DNA from: a bacterium
GTDB lineage: Bacteria > UBA8248
Direction of reading: 5' to 3'
Length of the DNA: 64,000 nucleotides
NCBI GenBank assembly: GCA_965203325.1
Contig: OZ241875.1
Coordinates: 480,001 to 544,000, forward strand
The translations under genes were made by a program, and so were the position numbers. Of the stretch, positions 10,928 through 21,826 are shown one piece after another (position 1 is the first letter of the stretch; the number at the start of each line of letters is the position of its first letter). The notes below the pieces were generated by a model. That model was not told where the DNA came from. It ran no database searches and saw nothing but the letters and a program-made list of their open reading frames with translations.

Positions 10928-12097
10928 TCATGCGTTCGCCTTGCGCCGCTGCAACGTTTCGAGCCACCCTTCCAAAGTTTCCACAACTATCTGGTCAGCA
11001 AGAGGGAGAACCGGCGTCGTCCGGTCTTTATCCTCTTCCGCATCATTACGCAACAGGGATGCGGCCGATTCTTCCACTTTTCGCTCAAGCACCGATATTT
11101 TCCCCAATATCCAAGGGGCATCCTCTCCCAAGGCTTGCGCCTTTCGACACATATCCAGCGCTTGTGCATCGTTTTCCTCTTCGACGTAGAGTTCAACCAT
11201 CTTTCGGAGAATTGAGTCGACGGCTTTTTCCCCAATAACACCCTCTTCTCCTGGAGCGATACCAGACTCTCGCCCCTCATTCACGGTTTCAGCTACTTTA
11301 TCCGCAGGGCTCAAAGCATCACCCAAATCTTCAAATTCGGCGGCTGACGTATCGGCGTCCCCTTCAACTGCTTCCATATTTCCGGACGCGACATCATCCC
11401 CCTTCGCCTCACCTTTTACTTCTCCTGCTATCAAATCGAGATTTTCTCCCATTTCGGGGTATCCCGTGGACGCAGCAGCAGCAGCATCCTGCGAAATTTG
11501 CTCTCGGATAGCAGCCAACTTCTCATTCCATTCGACTTTAGCGGGGTCAGACTCCAAAAGACGCTCATAAACGTCCCGCGCCCTATCCAGATGGCCTTGA
11601 GCCATATAGAGTTCAGCAAGAGCCGGCGTGGCCACTGCGTCCAATTCTTCCTCGGGAACAACAGGTGAGGAGCTATCAACATCGGAATCGGTTATCGCGC
11701 TTTGGGGCGATACTTCATCGGCCTCGAACACCTCGGCCGCCCTTAAGGCAACTTGCGCGGCCTCTTCATCACCCTTTTTCCGCCAACACTTGGCCAAAAG
11801 ACGTTGACCCGAGATGTTCCAAGGAGCGATTTCCAGGGCTTTTGCGATAAAACGGGCTGCTTGTTCGTGTTCACCTTTCGAGAGGAGTATTCCTCCAAGC
11901 AGAACACCCGCGGCTGCGTAGTTGGGATAAGTTGCCAATCCACCTCTCAGGAGATTTTCGGCCTGGTCTACTTCACCTTTTTCCCATAAAAGGGATGCCA
12001 AAGGGAAAAAAGCAGCCGAGGCGGGGTATTGTTGCAAACGCCCTTCCAAAGCTTTGATTCGGGCTTCTGGATTACTCAAGCGACGTATCATTGACAC
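10928..12097 (-). CDS. Tetratricopeptide-repeat protein
   Basis: N-terminal TPRs; ATPALAELYMAQGHLDRARDVYERLL motif; acidic linkers. Confidence 0.8.
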   Translation of the reverse strand: MSMIRRLSNPEARIKALEGRLQQYPASAAFFPLASLLWEKGEVDQAENLLRGGLATYPNYAAAGVLLGGILLSKGEHEQAARFIAKALEIAPWNISGQRLLAKCWRKKGDEEAAQVALRAAEVFEADEVSPQSAITDSDVDSSSPVVPEEELDAVATPALAELYMAQGHLDRARDVYERLLESDPAKVEWNEKLAAIREQISQDAAAAASTGYPEMGENLDLIAGEVKGEAKGDDVASGNMEAVEGDADTSAAEFEDLGDALSPADKVAETVNEGRESGIAPGEEGVIGEKAVDSILRKMVELYVEEENDAQALDMCRKAQALGEDAPWILGKISVLERKVEESAASLLRNDAEEDKDRTTPVLPLADQIVVETLEGWLETLQRRKANA

Positions 12098-12240
12098 CTA
12101 ATTCTCGGCAGGGAATAAAGGGCACCTTCATGCGTATGAAGAAATGCTAGCAAAGGGCGCCCTGCCCTGACAAGAGCTTCGTATCTCCTGCAGTCATCCA
12201 AGTTCTCATGCCTGGAAGAGTTATAGATTCGGTTCTACCG

Positions 12241-12669
12241 TTATGAATCGACAACGGCCAAGGCATTCACCTCGATGAGACAACGTGGATCTGTAGCCAG
12301 TTGAACCACCTGAACGGTGGTAGTGGTTGGTTTGTTGTCTCCGAAATACTCCGCCCACACCTTGTTTAGGGAATCTTGACCCTCCATGTTGGTTACAAAT
12401 CGGTTGGCAGAAACGACATCGCCAAAATCAGCGTCCACCGCCTCAAGACTTTTTTTCAAGTTCTCCAACGCCGCTCGAGCCTGCCCTTCCATATCCCGGG
12501 GCATGGCATCAAATTCTTCCGGCTGATGCGGATGATGGTGATAGACGGGTGCTGCGGTTACTCCAGCCAGAAATACAAGGCTACCACCAGTTACTTTGAT
12601 AACCGGCGCATAAGGCATCCACAGATCAGGTGCATCCGGCCAATGGAGATGCTCTAGTTTCTTACCCAT
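12241..12669 (-). CDS. RidA/YjgF/UK114-family protein
   Basis: VFLAGVTA, QARAALENLKKSLEA, LIEVNALAV; start re-set to MGKKLEH after AAGGA RBS. Confidence 0.85.
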   Translation of the reverse strand: MGKKLEHLHWPDAPDLWMPYAPVIKVTGGSLVFLAGVTAAPVYHHHPHQPEEFDAMPRDMEGQARAALENLKKSLEAVDADFGDVVSANRFVTNMEGQDSLNKVWAEYFGDNKPTTTTVQVVQLATDPRCLIEVNALAVVDS

Positions 12670-12987
12670 TTCATTTCCTTTCATATATGTAACTGCCCAT
12701 ATTCCAGATATTTTCATCCGGCCTTGTAAACACTCTGCACTTTTGAGCAATTCAGATGAACGATTCGCTCGGAGAATCCTCCCGTCAACATTATCGCTTT
12801 CAGTTTCACCTCATATCACCAGACAACAAGTGTGAAGCCCGCACAACCTACTCGGACTTCTTCCTCAAAACCGCCGGTTTCCACGCCATGGTTAGAAACT
12901 ACGACACTTCAGATGTATTTACGCTCATCACATTCTATTCGATAATATTCATTCGTGCCCTTCTCCTGCATCACAAAAGGATATTCC

Positions 12988-13752
12988 ATGTCTATAAAAC
13001 CACTAGCGGATAAACGAGTCATCATCACAGGAGCATCAAGCGGTATCGGAGCCGCTATCGCTCACGAATACGCGAAAGCGGGAGCTCACATATGGAACGC
13101 AGGAGGCAGCGACCTTCAAGGCCTAGAAAGCACCATCGGTGCGTGTAAAAACCTTGGCGTAAACACCGGTGGAAAATGTTATAATTTATCTAAAGCGCAG
13201 CGTACGTCTCAACTGATTCGCGATGGCGTCGACTTTCTTGGTGGACTTGATATTTTAGTTATTTGCGCGGGCACAAGAGCCTTCAAACCCATTGTCGAAA
13301 TTACGGATGATGAAGTCGACCTTTTATTCGAAGTCAATACGAAAGCCGCCTACATCGCATCCCGAGAGGCGGCAAAGGTGATGATTCCTCAAAAAAGCGG
13401 CTCTATCCTGATGATTGGCTCAGCTGCCGGCCACCGTGGCAGAGCCGATACGAGTCTATACTCAGTGACTAAATCAGTGCTTCATCACCTTACGAAATGC
13501 TTGGCTATTGAATTAGGACCTCATGGGATTCGCGTAAACTGTCTGGCGCCGGGCCTGGTTGCAAGCCCGCGCGTAAAGGCAAGGCTCGATGCAAAACCTG
13601 AATATCTACAGTCCAGGCTAGAGGGCATACCACTCCACCAAATCGGAACGGTCGAAAACATGGCGGCCACCGCTCTGTTTATGGTCTCTCCTGGAAATGA
13701 ATTCATGAATGGCTCGATTGTGCTTTCGGATGGGGGCGTCACGGCAGGGTAG
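12988..13752 (+). CDS. Short-chain dehydrogenase/reductase
   Basis: TGASSGIG, YSVTK (YxxxK), IRVNCLAPG. Confidence 0.92.
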   Translation: MSIKPLADKRVIITGASSGIGAAIAHEYAKAGAHIWNAGGSDLQGLESTIGACKNLGVNTGGKCYNLSKAQRTSQLIRDGVDFLGGLDILVICAGTRAFKPIVEITDDEVDLLFEVNTKAAYIASREAAKVMIPQKSGSILMIGSAAGHRGRADTSLYSVTKSVLHHLTKCLAIELGPHGIRVNCLAPGLVASPRVKARLDAKPEYLQSRLEGIPLHQIGTVENMAATALFMVSPGNEFMNGSIVLSDGGVTAG

Positions 13753-13757
13753 AAAAC

Positions 13758-15113
13758 ATGCGCGATGCGATGATGAGAATTTCAAGAAAGAAATTTTCTC
13801 TTTTGATAGTTCTAGCCTGCTTCTTCACCTTCTATCCGTTTGAAAATATTGCTGCAGGAGAAACGACCCTAGATACCCACCAAACTCTCACCGCATTGGT
13901 TTCAAGCAGAACGAAGTGGTTATTGACAGCACCTGCCGAAAAGGGCTCCTCCAAGCCAAATGCTACTCTGCTGGCCTTTACAATGGATGGAGATTTTCAT
14001 CCGATTACCTTCAAGAAAACAGGCGGGGTATTTCGTGTAAATGTGCAAGACCACCCCACCCCTTCCGACCTGGCTGCTAGTGTCCCACCCACCCAGCTAC
14101 CAGATGGCAGTTTTGTCGGTGCAGGAAAAAGCGGAATGTTCATCAACGTCGACACTATCGAGCGACGTTGGTCATTCGTCTGGCCGAGCATCCGCCCTTC
14201 AATCCTATCGAAACCCGCTGTATTGGACAGAGGTAACGTGGCAATGGTCGGAGTCGATGGCTCCATACTTTTATTCCAAAAAAAAGAAGACAAATGGCTG
14301 CAAACCCAACTGATAAAAGCGAAAACAGCAAGGGTATTGCCAGATGCTGTTTTAACGACAGCCGACCTGGATGGCAATGGTCGAAAAGAACTTATCGTGC
14401 CTGCTGTACCATCCAAACTATACAGGCACGCCGTGCTCGGCGATGATATCGAACCCACGGAAATTCATGCGTATCGATTCAACCAAAATTCTCTCGAACT
14501 GATGGCTACATACACCGCAGGGAAGAACAGTGTTTTCGAAGCCATTGGCACCCTCGTCTCCGACTTGGACAAAGACGGGAAGCATGAAATTCTCGTTACA
14601 AAAAGCGATTTCGATAGTGGGGCAGCCCATCTCGTTTTGGGAATGAGGAACAAAAAACTCATGCTCAAGGCGCGAAGCGGTGCAATCGGGCCCGGAAATC
14701 GCTGGTCGCATCTGTTGGGCGCATTCAACATAGATGGCAGCGCTCCTAAAATTCTAGCCGTAGAAACACCCCACCTGTCAGGCCTTTTGCTAGCGCTGAG
14801 GCTAAGCGGCAATCGACTCCGCGAGCGAGCTCGCATGGCTGGTTTCACTACGCATTCGGTTGGTTCCAGAAACCTTTGGAAATTCGCCTTGCTAAGACGC
14901 CGCGGCGTTGTGGAAGCCGTGATGCAAGAAATCGGCCAGCAGTATTTGAGCGGTCTCGCGCTCTTCGGAAATCGCTGGCACTTCAGGTGGTCGCGTCCTA
15001 TTCCCTCACCCGTTCGATCCAATTTGCTTACCGCAGATTTCAACCAAGATGCGAAAGACGACATCGCTTTCGTCGATCAAGCCGGTCTCGTGCACATCTA
15101 TTTATCCAAATAA
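13758..15113 (+). CDS. Secreted FG-GAP/VCBS-repeat beta-propeller protein
   Basis: Signal peptide; ADLDGNGRKEL, DLDKDGKHEI, ADFNQDAKDDI repeats. Confidence 0.75.
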   Translation: MRDAMMRISRKKFSLLIVLACFFTFYPFENIAAGETTLDTHQTLTALVSSRTKWLLTAPAEKGSSKPNATLLAFTMDGDFHPITFKKTGGVFRVNVQDHPTPSDLAASVPPTQLPDGSFVGAGKSGMFINVDTIERRWSFVWPSIRPSILSKPAVLDRGNVAMVGVDGSILLFQKKEDKWLQTQLIKAKTARVLPDAVLTTADLDGNGRKELIVPAVPSKLYRHAVLGDDIEPTEIHAYRFNQNSLELMATYTAGKNSVFEAIGTLVSDLDKDGKHEILVTKSDFDSGAAHLVLGMRNKKLMLKARSGAIGPGNRWSHLLGAFNIDGSAPKILAVETPHLSGLLLALRLSGNRLRERARMAGFTTHSVGSRNLWKFALLRRRGVVEAVMQEIGQQYLSGLALFGNRWHFRWSRPIPSPVRSNLLTADFNQDAKDDIAFVDQAGLVHIYLSK

Positions 15114-15211
15114 ATTCTCATCGATTCAATTCAACTTCGTGAAACGAACCGAACCAAGAGATGTCCTCTAATCCCTGTAGACTAATGTCTTATAGCAGGG
15201 AACTCAGCTCT

Positions 15212-16522
<1,311 letters not shown>

Positions 16523-16695
16523 TTAAAACCACTCCCATCGCCTTGCGCTCCAAAGTCGCCTAGGGTAGCCCATCTTGAGCGAGGGATAAAAGACGGAAAA
16601 GAACTTTTATGCTCTTATAAATTGATCTTTGAAACGTCGAATGATATCGCAATAAACATTCTATTTATTTCCAGAATGAAAAGGAAAGTTATGAG

Positions 16696-17907
16696 ATGCC
16701 TCTGACAGGTGTACGTGTATTAGACCTAAGCCGCTTGCTGCCCGGCGGGCAATGCACATTGATGCTCGCCGATATGGGGGCAGATGTCATCAAAATAGAA
16801 GAACCGCTGCGCGGCGATTATATCCGCCTCGCATCTCCTTTTGATGAGCATGGCGTATCCCCCCTTCACCTCTGCTACAACCGCAACAAACGCTCCCTGG
16901 CTTTGGACCTTAAAAACGTAGATGGCGTATCCACACTCCTCAGATTGGTGAGAGATACAGACGTGCTCGTCGATAGCTTTCGGCCCGGGGTGATGGAGCG
17001 CCTTGGCACTGGCTATCAAATACTCAAAAAAGAGAACCCAGCCCTCGTCCATTGCTCTATCACCGGATATGGACAAGAGGGCCCTCTCGCCAGAACTCCG
17101 GGTCATGACTTGAACTTCCAGGCCCTCGGCGGTGTCGTAGAACTCACTGGCGACGCCGGCGGTCCTCCATATGTGCCCGGGGTGCTCATCGGGGATGTGG
17201 GCGCCGGCATGTGGGCGGCTTTCGCCATACTCGCAGCGTTGCGCCTCGCTGAGCGGACGGGCGCTGGACAATTTATCGACATGTCGATGCTCAATGCCGT
17301 GATGAGTTTCCTATCCATCCATGGGCAAACATATCTCTCGACGGGACTGAGCCCAGGACGCGAAGAGATGCGGCATAATGGCCGGAGACCATGTTATCGT
17401 CTCTATCCTACCAAAGACGGTCGGATGCTCTCCGTCGCCTGCTCGGAACCGAAGTTTTGGGTGAATTTGTGCGAGATGCTCGGGCATGAAGATTTTTATG
17501 ACGATTATGGCGCCAGAGGAACGCGACGCACAGAAGTGATTCAAGCACTCAATAAAACTTTTCAATCGAAGACACTCGAAGAGTGGGCTGCGTTTTTTGA
17601 TGGCGCAGAAGTATGTGTGAGCCCAGCTCTTGATATGCACGAAAGCTTCGGACACACACAGGTTCAATCGAGTGGACTCGTAAGGGAATATCAACATCCT
17701 GTCAAAGGGACTTATCCCGGCACGCGGCCAGCCCCAAAATTCTCGAACCTGCCTATTAGAGACTCTCTCCCGCCACCCCGCCTGGGAGAACATTCAATTA
17801 AAATTCTAAAGGAATATGGGTTTCAAGATGAAGAAATTGAGGGTTTGCTGGCATCCGGCACCTCTCACAATGGCACCGACCCGGTGGGTGAAACCATCAG
17901 CGAATGA
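16696..17907 (+). CDS. Family III CoA-transferase (CaiB/BaiF)
   Basis: PLTGVRVLDLSRLLPG, NRNKRSLALDLK, FRPGVMERLG, GHDLN, catalytic D in LIGDVGAG. Confidence 0.93.
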   Translation: MPLTGVRVLDLSRLLPGGQCTLMLADMGADVIKIEEPLRGDYIRLASPFDEHGVSPLHLCYNRNKRSLALDLKNVDGVSTLLRLVRDTDVLVDSFRPGVMERLGTGYQILKKENPALVHCSITGYGQEGPLARTPGHDLNFQALGGVVELTGDAGGPPYVPGVLIGDVGAGMWAAFAILAALRLAERTGAGQFIDMSMLNAVMSFLSIHGQTYLSTGLSPGREEMRHNGRRPCYRLYPTKDGRMLSVACSEPKFWVNLCEMLGHEDFYDDYGARGTRRTEVIQALNKTFQSKTLEEWAAFFDGAEVCVSPALDMHESFGHTQVQSSGLVREYQHPVKGTYPGTRPAPKFSNLPIRDSLPPPRLGEHSIKILKEYGFQDEEIEGLLASGTSHNGTDPVGETISE

Positions 17908-17921
17908 ATCTACTTCAATCT

Positions 17922-18386
17922 TTATCCGGTATGGCTGCGTTCTTCCAATTTTTCCAACTCAGCCTCGAAATCCTTGAGGGTCCCGAATGAGCGATAGACC
18001 GATGCGAAGCGAACGTAGGCCACCTCATCTACTTCCCTCAACTCATCCATCAATTTTTCACCTATTGCTTTTGTCGATATCTCTTTCTCGCCACTATCAA
18101 GGATATAGCGCTCTACCCGGTCGGCAATCGCTTCTTGATCCTCAGCGGATACAGGCCTTTTCTCCAATGCCTTTTTGATGCCTATGCTGATCTTGTCACG
18201 AAGATAATTCACCCTTGTGCCATCTTTTTTGACAATGAGCGGCCAGGAGACTTCTGCCCTCTCGTAAGTCGTAAATCGGTGCGCGCATTTTTCGCACTCT
18301 CGTCTTCTGCGAATCGAATTTCCTTCCTTGGTCGTACGGCTGTCGACCACTTTGCTTTCGGAATGACTACAAATCGGACATTTCAT
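17922..18386 (-). CDS. nrdR: Transcriptional repressor NrdR
   Basis: MKCPIC, IRRRRECEKC, ATP cone, VAYVRFASVY. Confidence 0.97.
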   Translation of the reverse strand: MKCPICSHSESKVVDSRTTKEGNSIRRRRECEKCAHRFTTYERAEVSWPLIVKKDGTRVNYLRDKISIGIKKALEKRPVSAEDQEAIADRVERYILDSGEKEISTKAIGEKLMDELREVDEVAYVRFASVYRSFGTLKDFEAELEKLEERSHTG

Positions 18387-18413
18387 AAGGATCCAGTCCG
18401 GGCAGTAGAATCA

Positions 18414-18872
18414 CTAAGACATCGGCTGAGGCGCATCTTCAATATCGGCAATCTTATCCAGACGACGAGCGTGACGCCCGCCTTCAAACTCCGTTTTCAA
18501 CCAAATGGTTACAATTCTCTTTGCTTCCTCAAGGCTCAGCACCCGGCCACCCAGAGCCAAGACGTTGGCATTGTTGTGCAGGCGGCTCATACGCGCGGCC
18601 CATTCATTGTGACAAGCGACAGCGCGAACACCCGGAAATTTATTCGCCACGATGACCATGCCCGCGGCTGACCCACAACAAAAAATTCCTCGCTCGGAAT
18701 TGCCTTCACTCACCGAACGAGCGGCGGGCCCGGCATAATCGGGATAATCACAAGATTCATCCGAGTTTGTCCCGAAATCATGGTATGGAATCGCTCTATC
18801 ATCAAGCAGTTGCTTCACTGCTTCTTTGAGTTCAAATCCCCCATGATCAGCTGCAAGAGCGATTTGATTCAT
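18414..18872 (-). CDS. rpiB: Ribose-5-phosphate isomerase B
   Basis: AADHGG, DYPDYA, CGS, ANKFPGVRA, HNNANVL, FEGGRH. Confidence 0.95.
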   Translation of the reverse strand: MNQIALAADHGGFELKEAVKQLLDDRAIPYHDFGTNSDESCDYPDYAGPAARSVSEGNSERGIFCCGSAAGMVIVANKFPGVRAVACHNEWAARMSRLHNNANVLALGGRVLSLEEAKRIVTIWLKTEFEGGRHARRLDKIADIEDAPQPMS

Positions 18873-19064
18873 CGGAATTCTCCGGGCGATGCGCGTTGGA
18901 GGGATACAGCCTTTCAAAACTAGGCCGTAGCAAATTATAAGTCAAGAAATCACTCATTCACACAGCCATACCAAATCTGTGTAATCCCACACTTAAATAA
19001 CGACCTTTATCATCAATGCCAATAACTATGCTCGTGCAAAAACATGATTCTTCAACACAAGGAT

Positions 19065-20342
19065 TCAATATGGTTTCAGCTCCGTTCCAGAAATTGCTTT
19101 GCCCAAAAGAATTCTTGATGCCTCCTGCGCTGTTTTTTTGAATTCATTCTCTGCTGCCAGCCTCTCGCCTTTTTCCTGCAAACATCGCGCCTCGATCAAA
19201 TGCAGTGCCAGACGCACCCAAGAATCCTGACCTTCTATCGACACGGCCATGGCAGATGCCTGCTCCAAGCTTTTATTGACTTTCTCGATTTGACCTGCTT
19301 CGAGCATCAACGCTGCGTGGAGCACGTGATGATGGATATCATTCTCTCTGCGCTTGCCCGCAGAATGAACATTTGCGGCAGCTTTTTTTATCGCATTATG
19401 TGACTCCAGAGGCCCGACCGACAACGCTAACCGTTGCAAAAACTCCAACCCACCCAAAGCCTGATAGCCATTTTCCCAAGTACGAAGAGCTCGCCTCTCA
19501 CGACCTGCCGCTAACTGCGCATCACCCAACAAAAGATATGCTTTTTTTTCTTTGGCCAGATAACGCAGAGCTTGTTCTAACAATGGAATGGCGGCCTCTG
19601 TATCCGAGTTGTTGAATTTCGTCTCACCTACCGCAAGATACACGCGGCCAGCGATTTGATTGTCTTCTTGTCGATCCAAATCCGAAACATTCAATGGCGA
19701 GAGTTTCTCGCAAATTTCGACAGCAGCTTCGAGACGGCCATTTTCCAGATACATATCCCGGAGTTTTCGCAAAACTGAGGGGCTCACGCCTCTCCCTCTA
19801 CTGTTTTGCGCAAGCAACTCAAGAGCTTTTTTCACCTGGCCGGAATGATCGAGAGTCTCCGACAATCGGATAATGGAATCAGGCGAGTTGTTCGTAACAG
19901 CACGAAGTCGCTCATTCCATTGAATAGCGTCATTGGGGTTGCCGGAATCTATCGCCAAATCCGCTGCTAACCTCAAGGCAGGAATAAAATGAGGGTCATC
20001 CTTGAGTGCACGCTTAAGTTCCCTTCGAGCGCGTCTTCTTTTTCCTTGGATTCCAAGGTTTTGAGCCCTGGCAAATCGCTCTTGAGCGCGATGCAAACGT
20101 TTTTGTTTCTTTGCCATTTTCTTCCGCGAAAACCAACCGAGCGCAGCCTCGCCCCACCCTAGTACAGAAGCCAGAAACGAACCAACGAGAGCCGCTCCGA
20201 TAACCACTAGAGCTAATGGAACTCGCACTGACCAGGCATCAGTGAGACGCAGGTCTATGATTTCTCGATTGTAGTGAAGAAAATAGACAGCAGCCGCAAC
20301 CGGAAATGCCAGAATGAGGAGAGTCCGAATTTTCATTCGCAA
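19065..20342 (-). CDS. LapA-like membrane anchor fused to TPR array (LapB-like, no rubredoxin domain)
   Basis: Two N-terminal TM segments (VPLALVVIGAALVG) followed by multiple TPRs. Confidence 0.7.
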   Translation of the reverse strand: MRMKIRTLLILAFPVAAAVYFLHYNREIIDLRLTDAWSVRVPLALVVIGAALVGSFLASVLGWGEAALGWFSRKKMAKKQKRLHRAQERFARAQNLGIQGKRRRARRELKRALKDDPHFIPALRLAADLAIDSGNPNDAIQWNERLRAVTNNSPDSIIRLSETLDHSGQVKKALELLAQNSRGRGVSPSVLRKLRDMYLENGRLEAAVEICEKLSPLNVSDLDRQEDNQIAGRVYLAVGETKFNNSDTEAAIPLLEQALRYLAKEKKAYLLLGDAQLAAGRERRALRTWENGYQALGGLEFLQRLALSVGPLESHNAIKKAAANVHSAGKRRENDIHHHVLHAALMLEAGQIEKVNKSLEQASAMAVSIEGQDSWVRLALHLIEARCLQEKGERLAAENEFKKTAQEASRILLGKAISGTELKPY

Positions 20343-20357
20343 CTCATCGCTCGATAC

Positions 20358-20735
20358 CTAACTACCGCCGCGCCTTTCAATTGCATTTTGAGCCGCCACT
20401 GTATAACGCGCATAGGGGATCGCTTCCAGGCGGGAATAGGGAATCGGCTCATCCGACTCCTCACATATACCATAAAGTCCATCTTCGATCCTCTGGAATG
20501 CCGCCTCCACTTCCCGCAAACGCTCCCGCTCCCTTTCTCCCAAATCCATTAAAACTTGGCGAGAATACGTGTCGGCAGCCATATCAGCTATATCTTGAGT
20601 CCCATCATCACCAATTTCTTTGGTGTGTATCTTACTTTTCTCCACATCCCCAAGTATTTCACGGCGAACTTCATTCAATCTTTCCTCTAAATCTCGCAAC
20701 TGTTTTTTAGTCAAATGCTTCACTTTGAACCTCAA
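20358..20735 (-). CDS. DksA/TraR-family RNA polymerase-binding factor (single-Cys variant)
   Basis: DIADMA coiled-coil tip; YGICEESDEPIPYSRLEAIPYARYT. Confidence 0.9.
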   Translation of the reverse strand: MRFKVKHLTKKQLRDLEERLNEVRREILGDVEKSKIHTKEIGDDGTQDIADMAADTYSRQVLMDLGERERERLREVEAAFQRIEDGLYGICEESDEPIPYSRLEAIPYARYTVAAQNAIERRGGS

Positions 20736-20751
20736 CTTTCATTCTGATGAC

Positions 20752-21108
20752 CTAAGCACTAGGTGCCATTGGCTTGATGACGGATGCGTGTGACCATAAA
20801 TCTTCCAATCGATAAAAATCTCGACTCTTTTCGTTGAATATATGGACAAGGAAATCACCACAATCCATCAGCACCCAATTTCCCTCTGCTAAACCTTCCG
20901 TTAAAAATACAGTATCACCTATGTTCTTAAGTTGTTCTCTTGTTGCCTCACAAAGCGCTTTCACATGTCGAAGGCTCGTTCCGTGACAAATCAAAAAAGC
21001 ATCCACCTCGACGGATAAAGGCCGAAGGTCCAAGAGCACTACGTCCATCGCTTTCTTCGCTTCCAATGACTCCTGGAGTGCATGAAGCCGATTCTCTAGT
21101 TTCTTAAT
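20752..21108 (-). CDS. rsfS: Ribosome silencing factor (start probably ATT 21108; ORF track uses TTG 21066)
   Basis: KKAMDVVLLDL, EG...WVLMDCGDFLVHIF...RDFYRLEDLW; follows nadD. Confidence 0.9.
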   Translation of the reverse strand: MKKLENRLHALQESLEAKKAMDVVLLDLRPLSVEVDAFLICHGTSLRHVKALCEATREQLKNIGDTVFLTEGLAEGNWVLMDCGDFLVHIFNEKSRDFYRLEDLWSHASVIKPMAPSA

Positions 21109-21130
21109 GGGTCTTCATCCCCCACAATAT

Positions 21131-21805
21131 TTAGCCAACATTTCCCGAATGGCCATATAACCGGCGGCGAATTATAAAGAGTTCGACCTCGCGTGGCAAT
21201 AAATGCTGTATGGAGGAAGACGTCTTGATGCACTGTCTGATCCGGGTGGCCGAAATGTCGACTTCAGGTATCGAAATGAATTTTATGATCCGCTCATTGT
21301 CTGCAAATTTGATTTCTTGTAAGGACTCATCCAGGCAATAAGCCGGCTCGATTTCTCGAATTACACGGAGAAGCGCCTCGAAATACTCTGTCGTATTTTG
21401 ATTTCCTCTCAAGGTAACAGCAAAATCGACGGCGTGTAACACCTCTTTTGGTTTGTGCCATGTGTTCAACTCAAGAAACGCATCCGCACCGATGACGAAA
21501 AACAAGTCATTTTCATCAGGTAACCGTCTCGCTAATTCTTCCAAGGTATCAAGAGTATAAGATGCCCCTCCCCGCTCTACTTCAACGGGGTCACATACAT
21601 ATGCGGGGTAATCCTCCAAAGCAATCCGAACCATTTCCAATCTATCAGCAGCCGAGGCGACTTCATCATGCGGCTTATGAGGAGGAAAAGCAGAGGGAAT
21701 GAACCTCATTTCATCAAGCATGAGCGCTTTGTGCACCTCTCCGGCAGACCGGAGGTGCCCATAGTGAATCGGGTTAAATGTCCCGCCTACAATCCCGATG
21801 CGCAA
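21131..21805 (-). CDS. nadD: Nicotinate-nucleotide adenylyltransferase
   Basis: GGTFNPIHYGH, PPHK, SYTLDT, IGADAF, ISATRIR. Confidence 0.96.
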   Translation of the reverse strand: MRIGIVGGTFNPIHYGHLRSAGEVHKALMLDEMRFIPSAFPPHKPHDEVASAADRLEMVRIALEDYPAYVCDPVEVERGGASYTLDTLEELARRLPDENDLFFVIGADAFLELNTWHKPKEVLHAVDFAVTLRGNQNTTEYFEALLRVIREIEPAYCLDESLQEIKFADNERIIKFISIPEVDISATRIRQCIKTSSSIQHLLPREVELFIIRRRLYGHSGNVG

Positions 21806-21826
21806 GCGCTCTCCTTGGTTTTTCTG

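Noticed and set aside
15130..15150. Second parS site (CTTCGTGAAACG)
   Set aside because: Only a half-site matches and it is not palindromic
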